Part shown: in pieces, positions 29,489 to 41,387 of the stretch
How positions within the stretch are numbered: position 1 is the first letter of the stretch
Layout of the letters: each line of letters begins with the position of its first letter
Assembly: GCA_012842395.1 (NCBI GenBank)
Contig: DUSX01000029.1
Coordinates: forward strand, 109-64,108
Direction: 5' to 3'
Source: Bacillota bacterium
GTDB lineage: Bacteria > Bacillota > SHA-98 > UBA4971
DNA length: 64,000 bases
The notes under the pieces: generated by a model
What the model was told of the DNA's origin: nothing
What the model saw: the letters and a program-made list of their open reading frames with translations, nothing else
Database searches by the model: none
Translations under genes and position numbers: made by a program

Positions 29489-29504
29489 GAGGATATTGCC
29501 AAGC

Positions 29505-29792
29505 ATGGACTGGAAACTCTTTGCTCTCACCTTCACTACTCTTTTCCTGGCTGAGATGGGCGACAAGACGCAGCTTGCCGTGTTCACGCTGGTTGCCCAA
29601 CACCGCATGGTCATCCCGGTCTTCCTGGGTGCGTCCCTTGCCTTGTCCAGCGTCAGCCTCATTGGTGCCCTGTTCGGCGGCGTGATCTCCAGATTCCTCC
29701 CAGCGGAGTACATTCAGATCGCAGCCGGCATCCTTTTCATCGGGATGGGCGTGTTCATCTTGGTGCAGGCCATGGCCAAGCTGGTAGGGTAG
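29505..29792 (+). CDS. TMEM165/GDT1 (UPF0016) family protein, single-repeat form
   Basis: FLAEMGDKTQL signature once; three TM helices. Confidence 0.9.
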   Translation: MDWKLFALTFTTLFLAEMGDKTQLAVFTLVAQHRMVIPVFLGASLALSSVSLIGALFGGVISRFLPAEYIQIAAGILFIGMGVFILVQAMAKLVG

Positions 29793-29940
29793 CGGGTCGG
29801 ACGGGCGCAGCGGTAGCGGGGGAGTTGAGATGAGCGAGGAGCGATGAATGGGGCTTTGTCTCGTTCTTGCGTCTTGCGCTCCGAGGCTGCTCGACCGAGC
29901 TCGAGCCTCCGGGAGAGGCTGAAGGAGGGGAATCACGGGG

Positions 29941-30714
29941 ATGATCCTTGTACTCGACATTGGCAACACCAACATCGTTCTGGGGGTTTACGAGAACACG
30001 CGCCTGGTGACAAGCTCCCGCATGGCCACCGACCGGCTGAAGACCGCGGACGAGTACGCCATGCTCATCCGAGACCTTTTTTCGTACCACGGGCTTGATT
30101 TCACCGCAATAGACGGCGCTGCCATCTCGTGCGTCGTGCCTCCCGTCATCGGTACATTCGAGGATCTTGTGAGGCGCTATTTTCACTGTGAGCCTGTGGT
30201 CGTGGAGCCCGGGATCAAGACTGGCATAGTCATACGTTACGAGAATCCCAAGGAAGTTGGGGCGGACCGCATCGTCAATGCCGTGGCGGCTTACGAGAAG
30301 TACGGCGGCCCAGTGATCGTGGTAGATTTCGGCACCGCCACGACGTTTTGTGCCATATCCGCGGCCGGCGAGTACTTGGGCGGGGCCATCGCGCCCGGCA
30401 TCGGCATATCGAGTGAGGCGCTGTTCGCGCGCGCCGCAAAGCTCCCCCGTGTCGAGCTCGTGAAACCGAGGTCGGTTATCGGGCGCAGCACAGTTGCAAG
30501 CATGCAGGCAGGCATAATCTACGGGACAGTGGGGCTCGTCGACGGGATAGTGAAGAGGATGAAGCTCGAGATGGGAGGCGATGCCCGCGTGGTGGCTACC
30601 GGGGGCTTCGCGCCGCTCATCGCGGAGGATTCATCCGAGATAGACGTGCTCGAGCCCAACCTTACCCTGGAAGGCCTGCGCATGATCTTCGAGAAGAATC
30701 GGCCGTGTCCTTGA
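29941..30714 (+). CDS. coaX: Type III pantothenate kinase
   Basis: [47 protein letters not shown]. Confidence 0.96.
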   Translation: MILVLDIGNTNIVLGVYENTRLVTSSRMATDRLKTADEYAMLIRDLFSYHGLDFTAIDGAAISCVVPPVIGTFEDLVRRYFHCEPVVVEPGIKTGIVIRYENPKEVGADRIVNAVAAYEKYGGPVIVVDFGTATTFCAISAAGEYLGGAIAPGIGISSEALFARAAKLPRVELVKPRSVIGRSTVASMQAGIIYGTVGLVDGIVKRMKLEMGGDARVVATGGFAPLIAEDSSEIDVLEPNLTLEGLRMIFEKNRPCP

Positions 30715-30715
30715 T

Positions 30716-32908
30716 TTGGGGAGTGAACGGGGTCTGAGAAACTCAGCTCAGCAGCTCGAGAAAGCCATTACCGTAGGTCTTGAGGTAGCGGGCTCCCGGA
30801 GGTGGGAGGTCGAGGACTCCCTTGATGAACTCGACCGGCTCGCGGAGACGGCGGGTGCCGAGGTGGTCGGGAGGGTGGTCCAGAGGCGGGCGTCGCCTGA
30901 CCCCGCTACGTATATAGGCGAGGGGAAAGCCCGGGAGATCGCGGCCCTTGCGATCGTGGCCCACGCTGACCTGGTTATCTTCGATGACGAACTCAGCCCC
31001 GCCCAACAACGCAATCTCGAGGAGATCATAGGGATCAAGGTCATCGACCGCACCTGGCTCATCCTCGACATCTTCGCCTCAAGGGCCGCGAGCAAGGAAG
31101 GCAAGATCCAGGTCGAGCTCGCCCAGCTTTCTTACTTACTCCCGCGGCTCACAGGCAAGGGCGTCGAGCTTTCGAGGCTCGGCGGCGGCATCGGCACCCG
31201 TGGGCCTGGGGAGACGAAGCTCGAGACAGACAGGCGCCGGATTAGAAAGCGCATCGCGGTCCTCCGCGGCGAGCTCGCCGAGATAGCGGCGCGGCGAGGG
31301 CTGCAGCGTTCCCGCCGCAAGGAAGCGGGGATACCCGTGGTTTCGCTGGTCGGCTACACCAATGCCGGCAAGTCCACGCTCTTCAACGCCCTCACCGAGT
31401 CGCAGGTCCTCGCGGAGGACAAACTTTTCGCCACGTTGGACCCGACGATACGCAGGTGTCGCCTGCCGGGAGGCGGGGTGGTGCTCCTTGCAGACACCGT
31501 GGGCTTCATTCGTAAGCTGCCCCACGATCTCGTGGCGGCATTCCGCGCCACCCTGGAGGAAGTCGCCGAAGCCGATGTCATCTGTCACGTGGTGGACGCG
31601 AGTCACCCCGGCAAGGACGAGCAGTGTGCGGCGGTGAACGCGGTCCTCGCCGACCTCGGCCTTCAGGACAAGCCGATGGTCACCGTCCTCAACAAGATAG
31701 ACCTCGTCGAAGGGGACATCAAGAGAGAACGCTTGCGTGTGGAGCACCCCGGTGCGGTGCTGATCTCCGCCGCCGAGCGATGGGGCCTGTCTGACCTGCT
31801 TCGAGCGATCGAGGACACGCTTCCTCCGACGGGACGGCGAGGTGGCCCGCAAGCCGAGCCCGGTTCCCGCGCGGCAGTAAGCGGGGCGCATGCCTCAGGC
31901 GCAACTGAGCTACGCGGCGGTTCACGCGCCGTTTCCATCTCCATCGGCGATGTTGCTCTGGCGGCTCCCGTAGTGCTTGCGCCCATGGCGGGGGTGACCG
32001 ACCTCGCCTACCGGGTGCTCGCGAAGGAGATGGGGTGCGCTCTGGTATACACGGAAATGATCTCCGACAAGGCCCTCATCTTCCACAACGAGCGGACCTT
32101 CGAGCTCGTGCGGATCTCGGACCTCGAAAGACCCGTGGCGGTTCAGCTGTTCGGGAGCGATCCCGAGAGCATGGCGAGCGCAGCCGCCATCGTTCGGGAC
32201 CGGGTCCATCCCGACATCATCGACATCAACATGGGATGCCCGACGCCGAAGATTGTCAGGAACGGCGAAGGGGCCGCGCTCATGCGGGACGTGCCCCTCG
32301 CACAGGATATCGTCGCGGCTGTAGTCGGGGTGGCGGGGGTTCCAGTGACGGTGAAGATGAGAAAGGGCTGGGACAGGGAGCACGTCAACGCCGTCGAACT
32401 CGCGCAGGCGGTGGAGGCTGCCGGCGCGGCCGCCGTTGCGGTGCACGGTCGCACCCGTGACCAGTTCTATTCCGGCGAGGCTGACTGGAGCATCATCAAG
32501 GATGTGAAGGAGGCCGTCGGAATCCCCGTTATCGGCAACGGGGACGTCCGGTCGGGGGAGGACGCCGCGCGTATGCTCGAGGAGACGGGCTGCGACGCGG
32601 TTATGATAGGCAGGGCGGCGCTCGGGAATCCTTGGATATTCAGGGAAGTCGCTATCTATCTCGCGACAGGCCGGAAGGTGCCGCCGCCTTCGCTTGCTGA
32701 GCGAGCCGCCATGGCCATCCGCCACCTTGACATGATGATCGAGCTTTTCGGGGAGAAAAGCGCCGTTCTTCAGATGAGGAAACACGCAGCGTGGTACCTC
32801 CGCGGCATCCCCGGCGCGGCCCAGGCTCGAGTGCGGATAAACGCTGCGAAGACCAGGGCTGAGATGGTGGAAGCCGTGACCTCGGTCCTTGGTGACCCCT
32901 GGAGCTAA
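30716..32908 (+). CDS. In-frame fusion of GTPase HflX and tRNA-dihydrouridine synthase DusB
   Basis: Hfl[42 protein letters not shown]; Dus: [33 protein letters not shown]; single 730-aa ORF. Confidence 0.9.
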   Translation: MGSERGLRNSAQQLEKAITVGLEVAGSRRWEVEDSLDELDRLAETAGAEVVGRVVQRRASPDPATYIGEGKAREIAALAIVAHADLVIFDDELSPAQQRNLEEIIGIKVIDRTWLILDIFASRAASKEGKIQVELAQLSYLLPRLTGKGVELSRLGGGIGTRGPGETKLETDRRRIRKRIAVLRGELAEIAARRGLQRSRRKEAGIPVVSLVGYTNAGKSTLFNALTESQVLAEDKLFATLDPTIRRCRLPGGGVVLLADTVGFIRKLPHDLVAAFRATLEEVAEADVICHVVDASHPGKDEQCAAVNAVLADLGLQDKPMVTVLNKIDLVEGDIKRERLRVEHPGAVLISAAERWGLSDLLRAIEDTLPPTGRRGGPQAEPGSRAAVSGAHASGATELRGGSRAVSISIGDVALAAPVVLAPMAGVTDLAYRVLAKEMGCALVYTEMISDKALIFHNERTFELVRISDLERPVAVQLFGSDPESMASAAAIVRDRVHPDIIDINMGCPTPKIVRNGEGAALMRDVPLAQDIVAAVVGVAGVPVTVKMRKGWDREHVNAVELAQAVEAAGAAAVAVHGRTRDQFYSGEADWSIIKDVKEAVGIPVIGNGDVRSGEDAARMLEETGCDAVMIGRAALGNPWIFREVAIYLATGRKVPPPSLAERAAMAIRHLDMMIELFGEKSAVLQMRKHAAWYLRGIPGAAQARVRINAAKTRAEMVEAVTSVLGDPWS

Positions 32909-33013
32909 TTGAGGTTGCATCGGTCTCTGCCCCATTCCCGTCGGTTGCCGGGTTGCCGGCGTTGCACTCTGGGACGCCGCCACGATCAGGGCGCGCTTCG
33001 CCAAAACCCGAGT

Positions 33014-33067
33014 TTGCGTTTTCGGGAGCATCCTGCTAGAATGTGAGTGTGCACAATAATGTAAACA
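33014..33067 (+). promoter_or_regulatory. SigA promoter with a downstream palindromic operator
   Basis: TTGCGT-N17-TAGAAT with extended TG, then TGTGCACA-ATAA-TGTAAACA. Confidence 0.55.
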
Positions 33068-33131
33068 TGGCTCCAGCGGGAATGCCGTCGGTGCGTGCTC
33101 GCGCTGGACGCGCACCGAAGGCAGACAGGGG

Positions 33132-33668
33132 GTGATGCGGCTGGAGCTCATCCGCATCGGCGATAAAGTCGTGGATAAGGCGCGGTTGTACAAGGCCATC
33201 GACAAGATCCTCGAGCTCCGCGTGAAGGGCCTCTCGCAACAGGAGACCGCGGAGCAGGTAGGCATCGACAGGGCTTTCGTGTCCCGCCTGGAGAGCCTCG
33301 GCGAGGTTCGTAAAGGCGCGCGCGTCGCGATCGTGGGGTTCCCGGTGGGGAACAAAGAGGAGATCCGCAAAGTAGCGGAGGAGGAAGGCGTGGATTTCGT
33401 CCTCCTTCTGAACGACGTTGAACGGTGGGCCTATCTCAGGGAGAGGTCGGGGCAAGAGGTCTTCAACGAGATCATGGCCATAATCACGAGGCTCAAGACA
33501 TACGACGCCGTCGTTTTCATAGGGTCCGACATGCGGGTGGGCCTTGTGGAATCCATTCTCGGCGACCGGGTGATCGGGATCGAGGTCGGAACGTCCCCGA
33601 TTAAGGGCGACCGTTATGTGGACCCGGAGTCCATCCGCAACATCCTTCGCAGCATAACAACGCCATAG
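33132..33668 (+). CDS. HTH transcriptional regulator, uncharacterised family
   Basis: ILELRVKGLSQQETAEQVGIDRAFVSRLE HTH plus a small alpha/beta C-terminal domain. Confidence 0.75.
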   Translation: MMRLELIRIGDKVVDKARLYKAIDKILELRVKGLSQQETAEQVGIDRAFVSRLESLGEVRKGARVAIVGFPVGNKEEIRKVAEEEGVDFVLLLNDVERWAYLRERSGQEVFNEIMAIITRLKTYDAVVFIGSDMRVGLVESILGDRVIGIEVGTSPIKGDRYVDPESIRNILRSITTP

Positions 33669-33734
33669 CCGCGGCGGCAGCGTCGCGCAATTAGTCGCAC
33701 AAGCCTACAAGATGGGAGTGGGGGGCAGGTTCGC

Positions 33735-34637
33735 ATGAAGCACGTTGTCAGCGTAAGTCTGGGCTCGTCCAAGCGCGACCACAAAGCCACGGTCATTCTG
33801 CTCGGCGAGGAAGTCGTGATCGAGAGGCGCGGGACCGATGGGGACATCCGGAGAGCTATTGATCTCATTCGAAGCCTGGATGGCAAAGTGGACGCCTTTG
33901 GCATGGGCGGCACGGATCTCTGGTTTTACGTGGGACGGAGGCGGTACATGGTTCGTGATGCGGTCCCGATAGCACGTGCTGCCAGCAAGACTCCCATCGC
34001 CGACGGGAGCATGCTGAAAGGCGTGATCGAGCGCAGGGCGGTCGAGTATATTCGTGACGAGATGAAGATGCCCCTCGCGGGCAAGAACGCTCTTATCGTG
34101 TGCGCCCTGGACAGGTTCGGCATGGCGTCAGCTCTCCTCGAATCCGGGTGTCACATGATGTACGGAGATCTGGCGTTCGGTCTCGGCATACCCATATTCC
34201 TGAGATCTCTTTCCACGTTCGAGACGCTTGTAACCGTCCTCATGCCGGTGATACGGCTTCTCCCCATCAAGATGCTATACCCTACAGGCAAGAGCCAGGA
34301 ACGCGTGGTGCCGAAGTTCGGGAAGGCGTACGGGTGGGCGGACATCATCGGGGGGGACTGCCATTTCATCAAGAAACACATGCCCGACGACCTCACGGGG
34401 AAGGTTATCATAACGAACACCGTCACCCGCGATGACGTGGAAGCGTTTAGAAAGAGAGGGGTGAAGACGCTGGTGGCGTCGACCCCAGAGATCGAGGGCA
34501 GGTCGTTCGCAACGAACGTCATGGACGCGGTGTTCGTTGCTCTGACTGGCCGGCGACCGGAGGAGTTCACGCCTTCGGACTACCTGGACCTCATCAGGCG
34601 ATTGGAGATGAAGCCCAGAGTGGAGACGCTGAACTAG
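33735..34637 (+). CDS. Conserved hypothetical protein (family often auto-annotated as quinate 5-dehydrogenase)
   Basis: MKHVVSVSLGSSKRDH, ERRGTDGD, DAFGMGG, GRSFATNVM; family recalled from thermophilic Bacillota, function not established. Confidence 0.65.
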   Translation: MKHVVSVSLGSSKRDHKATVILLGEEVVIERRGTDGDIRRAIDLIRSLDGKVDAFGMGGTDLWFYVGRRRYMVRDAVPIARAASKTPIADGSMLKGVIERRAVEYIRDEMKMPLAGKNALIVCALDRFGMASALLESGCHMMYGDLAFGLGIPIFLRSLSTFETLVTVLMPVIRLLPIKMLYPTGKSQERVVPKFGKAYGWADIIGGDCHFIKKHMPDDLTGKVIITNTVTRDDVEAFRKRGVKTLVASTPEIEGRSFATNVMDAVFVALTGRRPEEFTPSDYLDLIRRLEMKPRVETLN

Positions 34638-34662
34638 CCGGTCTTGCGGTCCTGACCGAGGC

Positions 34663-34691
34663 TTGACAACGGCGGGAGCACACGACATAAT
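34663..34691 (+). promoter_or_regulatory. SigA promoter of greA-lysS
   Basis: TTGACA-N17-CATAAT. Confidence 0.7.
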
Positions 34692-34804
34692 AATGGCATG
34701 CGAAAAGGGGCATCGCGCAACGGGCCCGGGCGCGCGAGATGGCGCCGGGGCAGGTTGCGCGATGTCCGGATGTACATGGGCCGGTTAAGGGAGGAACCTG
34801 CTTG

Positions 34805-36884
<2,080 letters not shown>

Positions 36885-37007
36885 TCAAGGACTCGGAGCA
36901 CTCAAAGTGCCTGAGCTCTCGACGACGTTCCGGACGTAAGACAGGGGTTACGCGATGAGCAGTCGCGGAACCCCTGCTTTTTATTCTCCGAAGCCTGCAC
37001 CAGTAGA

Positions 37008-37032
37008 AGGATTTCCGGGTCAGGCGGCGAAT
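37008..37032 (+). promoter_or_regulatory. SigH-like promoter of the 12-gene operon
   Basis: AGGATTT-N11-GGCGAAT. Confidence 0.6.
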
Positions 37033-37046
37033 CATGTTGCTGTGGA

Positions 37047-37073
37047 TGAACAAGTGTGCTGAACATATGTGCA
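37047..37073 (+). promoter_or_regulatory. Tandem operator, probably for the SorC-family regulator
   Basis: TGAACAAGTGTGCT followed by near-palindromic TGAACATATGTGCA, between promoter and RBS. Confidence 0.55.
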
Positions 37074-37086
37074 AAGGAGGATCCCG

Positions 37087-38034
37087 GTGTCTTTCGATAA
37101 GAGGGTTCTCTACGAGATCGCTCACCAGTACTATGAGCTCGAGCGCACGCAACAGGAGATCGCGAAAAGCCTGGGCATATCCAGGAGCCAGGTGTCGCGT
37201 GCGCTACAACAGGCGCGCGAGGCCGGGATAGTGCTCCTGAAGGTCATAGATCCGGATGAAGACTACAGCGACCTTGCGCGGGCGCTGAGGGAGCGGTTCG
37301 GCCTCAAGGACGCTGTGGTAATAGGAGGAGTCGACTCCCCGCGCTTGCTTGCACAGAACCTGGGGCGTGCTGCTGCGAGCTACCTCGCCCATTGCGTCAA
37401 GGAGCGTTCGGTGATCGGCGTATCGTGGGGAGCTACGCTGCGTGAAGTCGCGGCGGCGCTCGGTGCCGCAATACCATCGGCCCTCAATGTGACGGTTGTG
37501 CCCTTGCTGGGAGGGCTTGGACAGGTAGCAGCTGACCTCCAGATCAACGAGCTTGCCGCGCGAGTGGCGACCGCACTCGGAGGGGTCAACTTCTACCTCC
37601 ATGCACCGTCGTTTGTTGACACTCCTGAGGCGAAGGCGGCCATCATGGCTGATAGCAATATAAAGAGAGTCGTAGAGCTGTGGGAACGCGTGGACGTAGC
37701 TTTGGTCGGAGTGGGAACCTTCAGGCCGCCTTCGACCCTCCTCGAGAGAGGCGGTTTTCCCGATGCAGAGCTCCGCGAGCTGCGAGGGATCGGCGCAGTA
37801 GGGGACATGTGCATGCGCTTCTTTGACATCCATGGGACGCCGTTGGAGACGTCGCTTAACGACAGGATCGTCGGGGTGACTCTCGAGGAGCTCAGCCGTA
37901 TGGGGTGCGTCATAGCTGTCGCTGGCGGGGCAAACAAGACCGAGGCAATCCTCGGAGCGCTCCGCAGCAGGGTCGTGGACGTGATCATCACAGACGACGC
38001 TGCGGCGAGAGGGGTGATGTCACTGGCCGAGTGA
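37087..38034 (+). CDS. SorC/DeoR-type sugar-binding transcriptional regulator
   Basis: YYELERTQQEIAKSLGISRSQVSRAL HTH; IGVSWGATL; AVGDMCMRFFD; AGGANKTEAILGAL. Confidence 0.93.
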   Translation: MSFDKRVLYEIAHQYYELERTQQEIAKSLGISRSQVSRALQQAREAGIVLLKVIDPDEDYSDLARALRERFGLKDAVVIGGVDSPRLLAQNLGRAAASYLAHCVKERSVIGVSWGATLREVAAALGAAIPSALNVTVVPLLGGLGQVAADLQINELAARVATALGGVNFYLHAPSFVDTPEAKAAIMADSNIKRVVELWERVDVALVGVGTFRPPSTLLERGGFPDAELRELRGIGAVGDMCMRFFDIHGTPLETSLNDRIVGVTLEELSRMGCVIAVAGGANKTEAILGALRSRVVDVIITDDAAARGVMSLAE

Positions 38035-38085
38035 AGCGTGGCAGGCTGTACACTCCATATCTGAGCTTGACTGGAGGTGTCTTTC

Positions 38086-38703
38086 ATGGGGCTTGGTCAG
38101 GGGGCCCTCGGTCTTGGAGTGTCCTACCTTCTTGCCGTTGGCTATCTCGTTCTCATGTGGGTCATCGGGCGATACCTTTCAGCGCATTATCCTGAGGAAC
38201 ACAGGGTCCGCTGGGACACGAGGACGATCGCCAGGGTCACCATCCTGGCCGCGGTGTCTGGCGCCGGTGCGATGATAAAGGTGCCTGGGCCAGCCACCAC
38301 GATAGCTCTGGATGCGGCAGCGGGCTACTTTGCGGCAGTGTTCTTCGGCTGGCCGGTGGGTGCGACGGTGGCCGCAATTGGGTGCTTTATCAGCAACGCT
38401 CTCGGCGGCTTCGCTAGCTGGCTGCCCATGGTGCCGATATACCTCTCAGGGATGGCATTGACTGTGACACTCACCGCGTTCATGGCGAAGAAGGCGGGGG
38501 TGGTGTCGGCCGTCATAGTCGGCACGATCGCCAATACGGTAACATGTCTTGGACCCTGGGTCATCATGATTGGCCTGCCCCTTATGATCGCGATCCTTCC
38601 TTCGCAGATCATTGGATCTGCAGCGAACGCTGCGATCGGTCTGGCTGTGGCTGGGATGCTGAAAACGGCACAGCACAGAAAGCGGCCGGAGCAGGTGGTA
38701 TAG
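38086..38703 (+). CDS. ECF transporter S component (resembles CblT-type S components)
   Basis: 6-7 TM helices; AAVSGAGAMIKVPGPATTIALDAAAGYFAA recalls the GAMIKIPSP..SIALDS motif of CblT-like proteins; adjacent to ECF A and T genes. Confidence 0.75.
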   Translation: MGLGQGALGLGVSYLLAVGYLVLMWVIGRYLSAHYPEEHRVRWDTRTIARVTILAAVSGAGAMIKVPGPATTIALDAAAGYFAAVFFGWPVGATVAAIGCFISNALGGFASWLPMVPIYLSGMALTVTLTAFMAKKAGVVSAVIVGTIANTVTCLGPWVIMIGLPLMIAILPSQIIGSAANAAIGLAVAGMLKTAQHRKRPEQVV

Positions 38704-38757
38704 GGGCGCCGCCAGCGAGTTCCAGCCAGTTCACGCATAGCCGCAGTTGGTGAAGAG

Positions 38758-40554
38758 GTGTTCCATTTGACAGACAAGGCCGTATGCTTGAAGAACGTGA
38801 GGTTCAGGTACAAGGGCTCCAATCGCTGGGTGCTGGATGGTGTCTCACTCGACGTCGCAAGGGGTGAGTGCGTGGCTGTGCTGGGCCCCACAGGCTCGGG
38901 AAAGAGCACCCTGTGCGGAGTGATGAATGGCACGGTGCCCCTCTTCCTCGAGGGTGACCTCCAGGGCGATGTGCTCGTGGACGGCATGGTGCCCGCGAAG
39001 GTGGGCACCGCGAAGATGGCGGCTCATGTGGGGCTTGTTTTCGGCGATCCTGACATGCAACTCTTCGGCATGACGGTGGAAGAGGACGTAGCCTTCGGGC
39101 CGGCAAACCTCGGGCTGGACTATCCCACGATCATGGAGCGTGTTCACAAGAGCCTCGTTGATATGCGCCTTACAGGCCTCGAAAGGCGCGCTCCGTACAG
39201 GCTGTCCGGCGGGGAAAGGCAGGCCACGGCCATCGCCGGGGTATACGCAATGCTGCCTGACATCATGGTCCTTGACGAGCCCACATCCATGCTCGACCCG
39301 CAGGGCAAGGCCAGTGTCTTCTCGATTATCAAACGATTGAAAGAAGAGCTGGGGATCACGGTCATCCTCGTCGAACAGGAGGTCGACGATGTTCTCGAGC
39401 TTGCGGACAGGGTATTCGTGATGAACGCGGGCAGATTCGTGCTGCAGGGCACGCCTCGCGAGGTCTTCGGGCGCGTCGCTGAGGTGGCGGCCGCTGGGGT
39501 CCGTGTTCCGCACGTGGTGAGATTCGGCACCCTGCTTGGTGCGGAAAGGGTCCCGTTCACGCTGGACGAGGCCGTCCAACTCGTGGAGAGCGGCGGTTGG
39601 CTGAGTGGCGCTTGGCGGGACACCAGCGACGACGCCGGCGCTGGCGGCGAGAAAGGCACGACCACGACCGCAGGCCACACGTCGAACGCTGTGAGCGGGG
39701 CAACCTCCCCAGGGCACCCGCTGGGTGATGTGATCATCGAAGTGAAGGGCCTCGAGCACAGGTACCCCCAGGGTGCGCTTGCGCTGCGGGGCGTCGACTT
39801 GACCGTACGAGAGGGGGAGTTCATCGCCATAATCGGCCAAAACGGCGCGGGCAAGACCACGTTGACGCGCCATCTCAACGGCCTGTTGAAGCCCACTGCA
39901 GGCGACGTAAGAATCGGCGGCAGGTCAATCAAGGACCTAACGGCAGCGCAGGTTTCGCGCACCGTGGGCTATGTGTTCCAGAACCCCGATGAGCAGCTGT
40001 TCTGCAACAGCGTAGAGGAAGAGCTGCGTTTCGGTCCCGGTAACGTGGGTCTCACCGGTGAGGAACTTGACCGACGGGTCGAGGAGATCCTGCAGGACAT
40101 CGGGCTAGCCGGGTATCGCGAGGTCTGGCCCAAATACCTCACGAAGGGCGAGCGGCAGAGGCTGGCTCTGGCTTCGGTAGTGGCCATGGACCCTGCCATA
40201 CTCATCGTGGACGAGCCGACCACCGGCCTTGACTGGCTCGAATCCCTGCAAATCATGGACTACCTGAAGAGACTCCACGATGACCGGGGCAAGACGGTTC
40301 TCATAATCACGCACGACATGAACATTGTCAGCCTATATGCCAGACGCGTGGTTGTCATGGCGGGCGGTCGTGTGGTCGGCGATGGTTCGCCGCAGGAAGT
40401 GTTCTCGAACCCTGGCCTTATGGCGAAGGCGAACCTGAAACCACCTGCCATTGCGGAGCTATCGGTGAGGTTGTGCGGCCAGGTGGCCCTTACGCCGGAA
40501 GAGGCGGTTGAGACGCTAATGCACTTGAAAGGCGCAAGGGAGGGCTTGCAGTGA
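38758..40554 (+). CDS. ECF transporter fused double ATPase (A-A')
   Basis: Two ABC cassettes: GPTGSGKST/LSGGE/LDEPT and GQNGAGKTT/FQNPD/VDEPT. Confidence 0.93.
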   Translation: MFHLTDKAVCLKNVRFRYKGSNRWVLDGVSLDVARGECVAVLGPTGSGKSTLCGVMNGTVPLFLEGDLQGDVLVDGMVPAKVGTAKMAAHVGLVFGDPDMQLFGMTVEEDVAFGPANLGLDYPTIMERVHKSLVDMRLTGLERRAPYRLSGGERQATAIAGVYAMLPDIMVLDEPTSMLDPQGKASVFSIIKRLKEELGITVILVEQEVDDVLELADRVFVMNAGRFVLQGTPREVFGRVAEVAAAGVRVPHVVRFGTLLGAERVPFTLDEAVQLVESGGWLSGAWRDTSDDAGAGGEKGTTTTAGHTSNAVSGATSPGHPLGDVIIEVKGLEHRYPQGALALRGVDLTVREGEFIAIIGQNGAGKTTLTRHLNGLLKPTAGDVRIGGRSIKDLTAAQVSRTVGYVFQNPDEQLFCNSVEEELRFGPGNVGLTGEELDRRVEEILQDIGLAGYREVWPKYLTKGERQRLALASVVAMDPAILIVDEPTTGLDWLESLQIMDYLKRLHDDRGKTVLIITHDMNIVSLYARRVVVMAGGRVVGDGSPQEVFSNPGLMAKANLKPPAIAELSVRLCGQVALTPEEAVETLMHLKGAREGLQ

Positions 40555-41384
40555 TAGTCGAGTATGAAAGCAAGAACACCCCTATCCACTCGCTCGACCC
40601 GAGGGCCAAGATTCTCTGGTTGCTCGTGGTGGTGGTTATCAGCGTCATCTGGTCGGACCCGGTATACCTCTTCGGGCTTGCCGTGAGCGTCTTCATCTTC
40701 GGCGCCTTCGCCAGGTTCCCGTGGGAGAAGCTGAAAGGCCTCGCAGTATTCCTCACGGTGATGGCGGTGATCATCACCCTCGCGCAGGGTGTGACGTACA
40801 CGCCAGCGGTTGCCCACCTAAAGGAGCCCGGCCGTGTGCTATTCCACATTATACCGGCGTGGGTGCCGGGCGTGGGCCCAGCATGGCCTGTCAAGCTCGG
40901 TGGGTTTCTCTACGGCATCGGTATGACTCTCAAGGTTTTCACCGTTCTGGTGGCAGTGGCTGTGCTTGGGTATGTTACTTCGCCATCAGAGATAGTGCAG
41001 CTTATCGCGAGGATTCCCAAAATGCCCTATCAGGTCGGGTTCATAGTCTCCACAGCATGGAAATTCGTGCCGGTCGTCCAGGCCCAGATCAGGTCGCTCA
41101 TGGACGCTCACAAATCCAAGGGGGTCGAGCTCGACAGGGGCAGTTTCGTGGAGAGACTCAAGAAGACGTCACGGGTGGTGTCCCCTCTGTTTGCGAATGC
41201 GCTCTCCATGGCTGACACGCTTGCCCTCGCGATGGAATCGCGCGCTTTCGGCTCAAGCAAGCGGTTCACGTTCCTGCGGCCGTACAGGTTCAAGGCGCTC
41301 GACTACGTGGTGGTTCTGGCGTGCCTGGGTGCGGCAATCACAAGCATAGCGGGCCTTGCCCTCTATAAGGTGGGATCGCTCTAA
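40551..41384 (+). CDS. ECF transporter T component
   Basis: IHSLDPRAK, AHKSKG and AMESRAF coupling-helix motifs. Confidence 0.92.
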   Translation: MIVEYESKNTPIHSLDPRAKILWLLVVVVISVIWSDPVYLFGLAVSVFIFGAFARFPWEKLKGLAVFLTVMAVIITLAQGVTYTPAVAHLKEPGRVLFHIIPAWVPGVGPAWPVKLGGFLYGIGMTLKVFTVLVAVAVLGYVTSPSEIVQLIARIPKMPYQVGFIVSTAWKFVPVVQAQIRSLMDAHKSKGVELDRGSFVERLKKTSRVVSPLFANALSMADTLALAMESRAFGSSKRFTFLRPYRFKALDYVVVLACLGAAITSIAGLALYKVGSL

Positions 41385-41387
41385 CGT

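Noticed and set aside
29000..29504. yybP-ykoY manganese riboswitch expected upstream of the UPF0016 gene
   Set aside because: No GGGGAGUA core found; the space is filled by the two repeats
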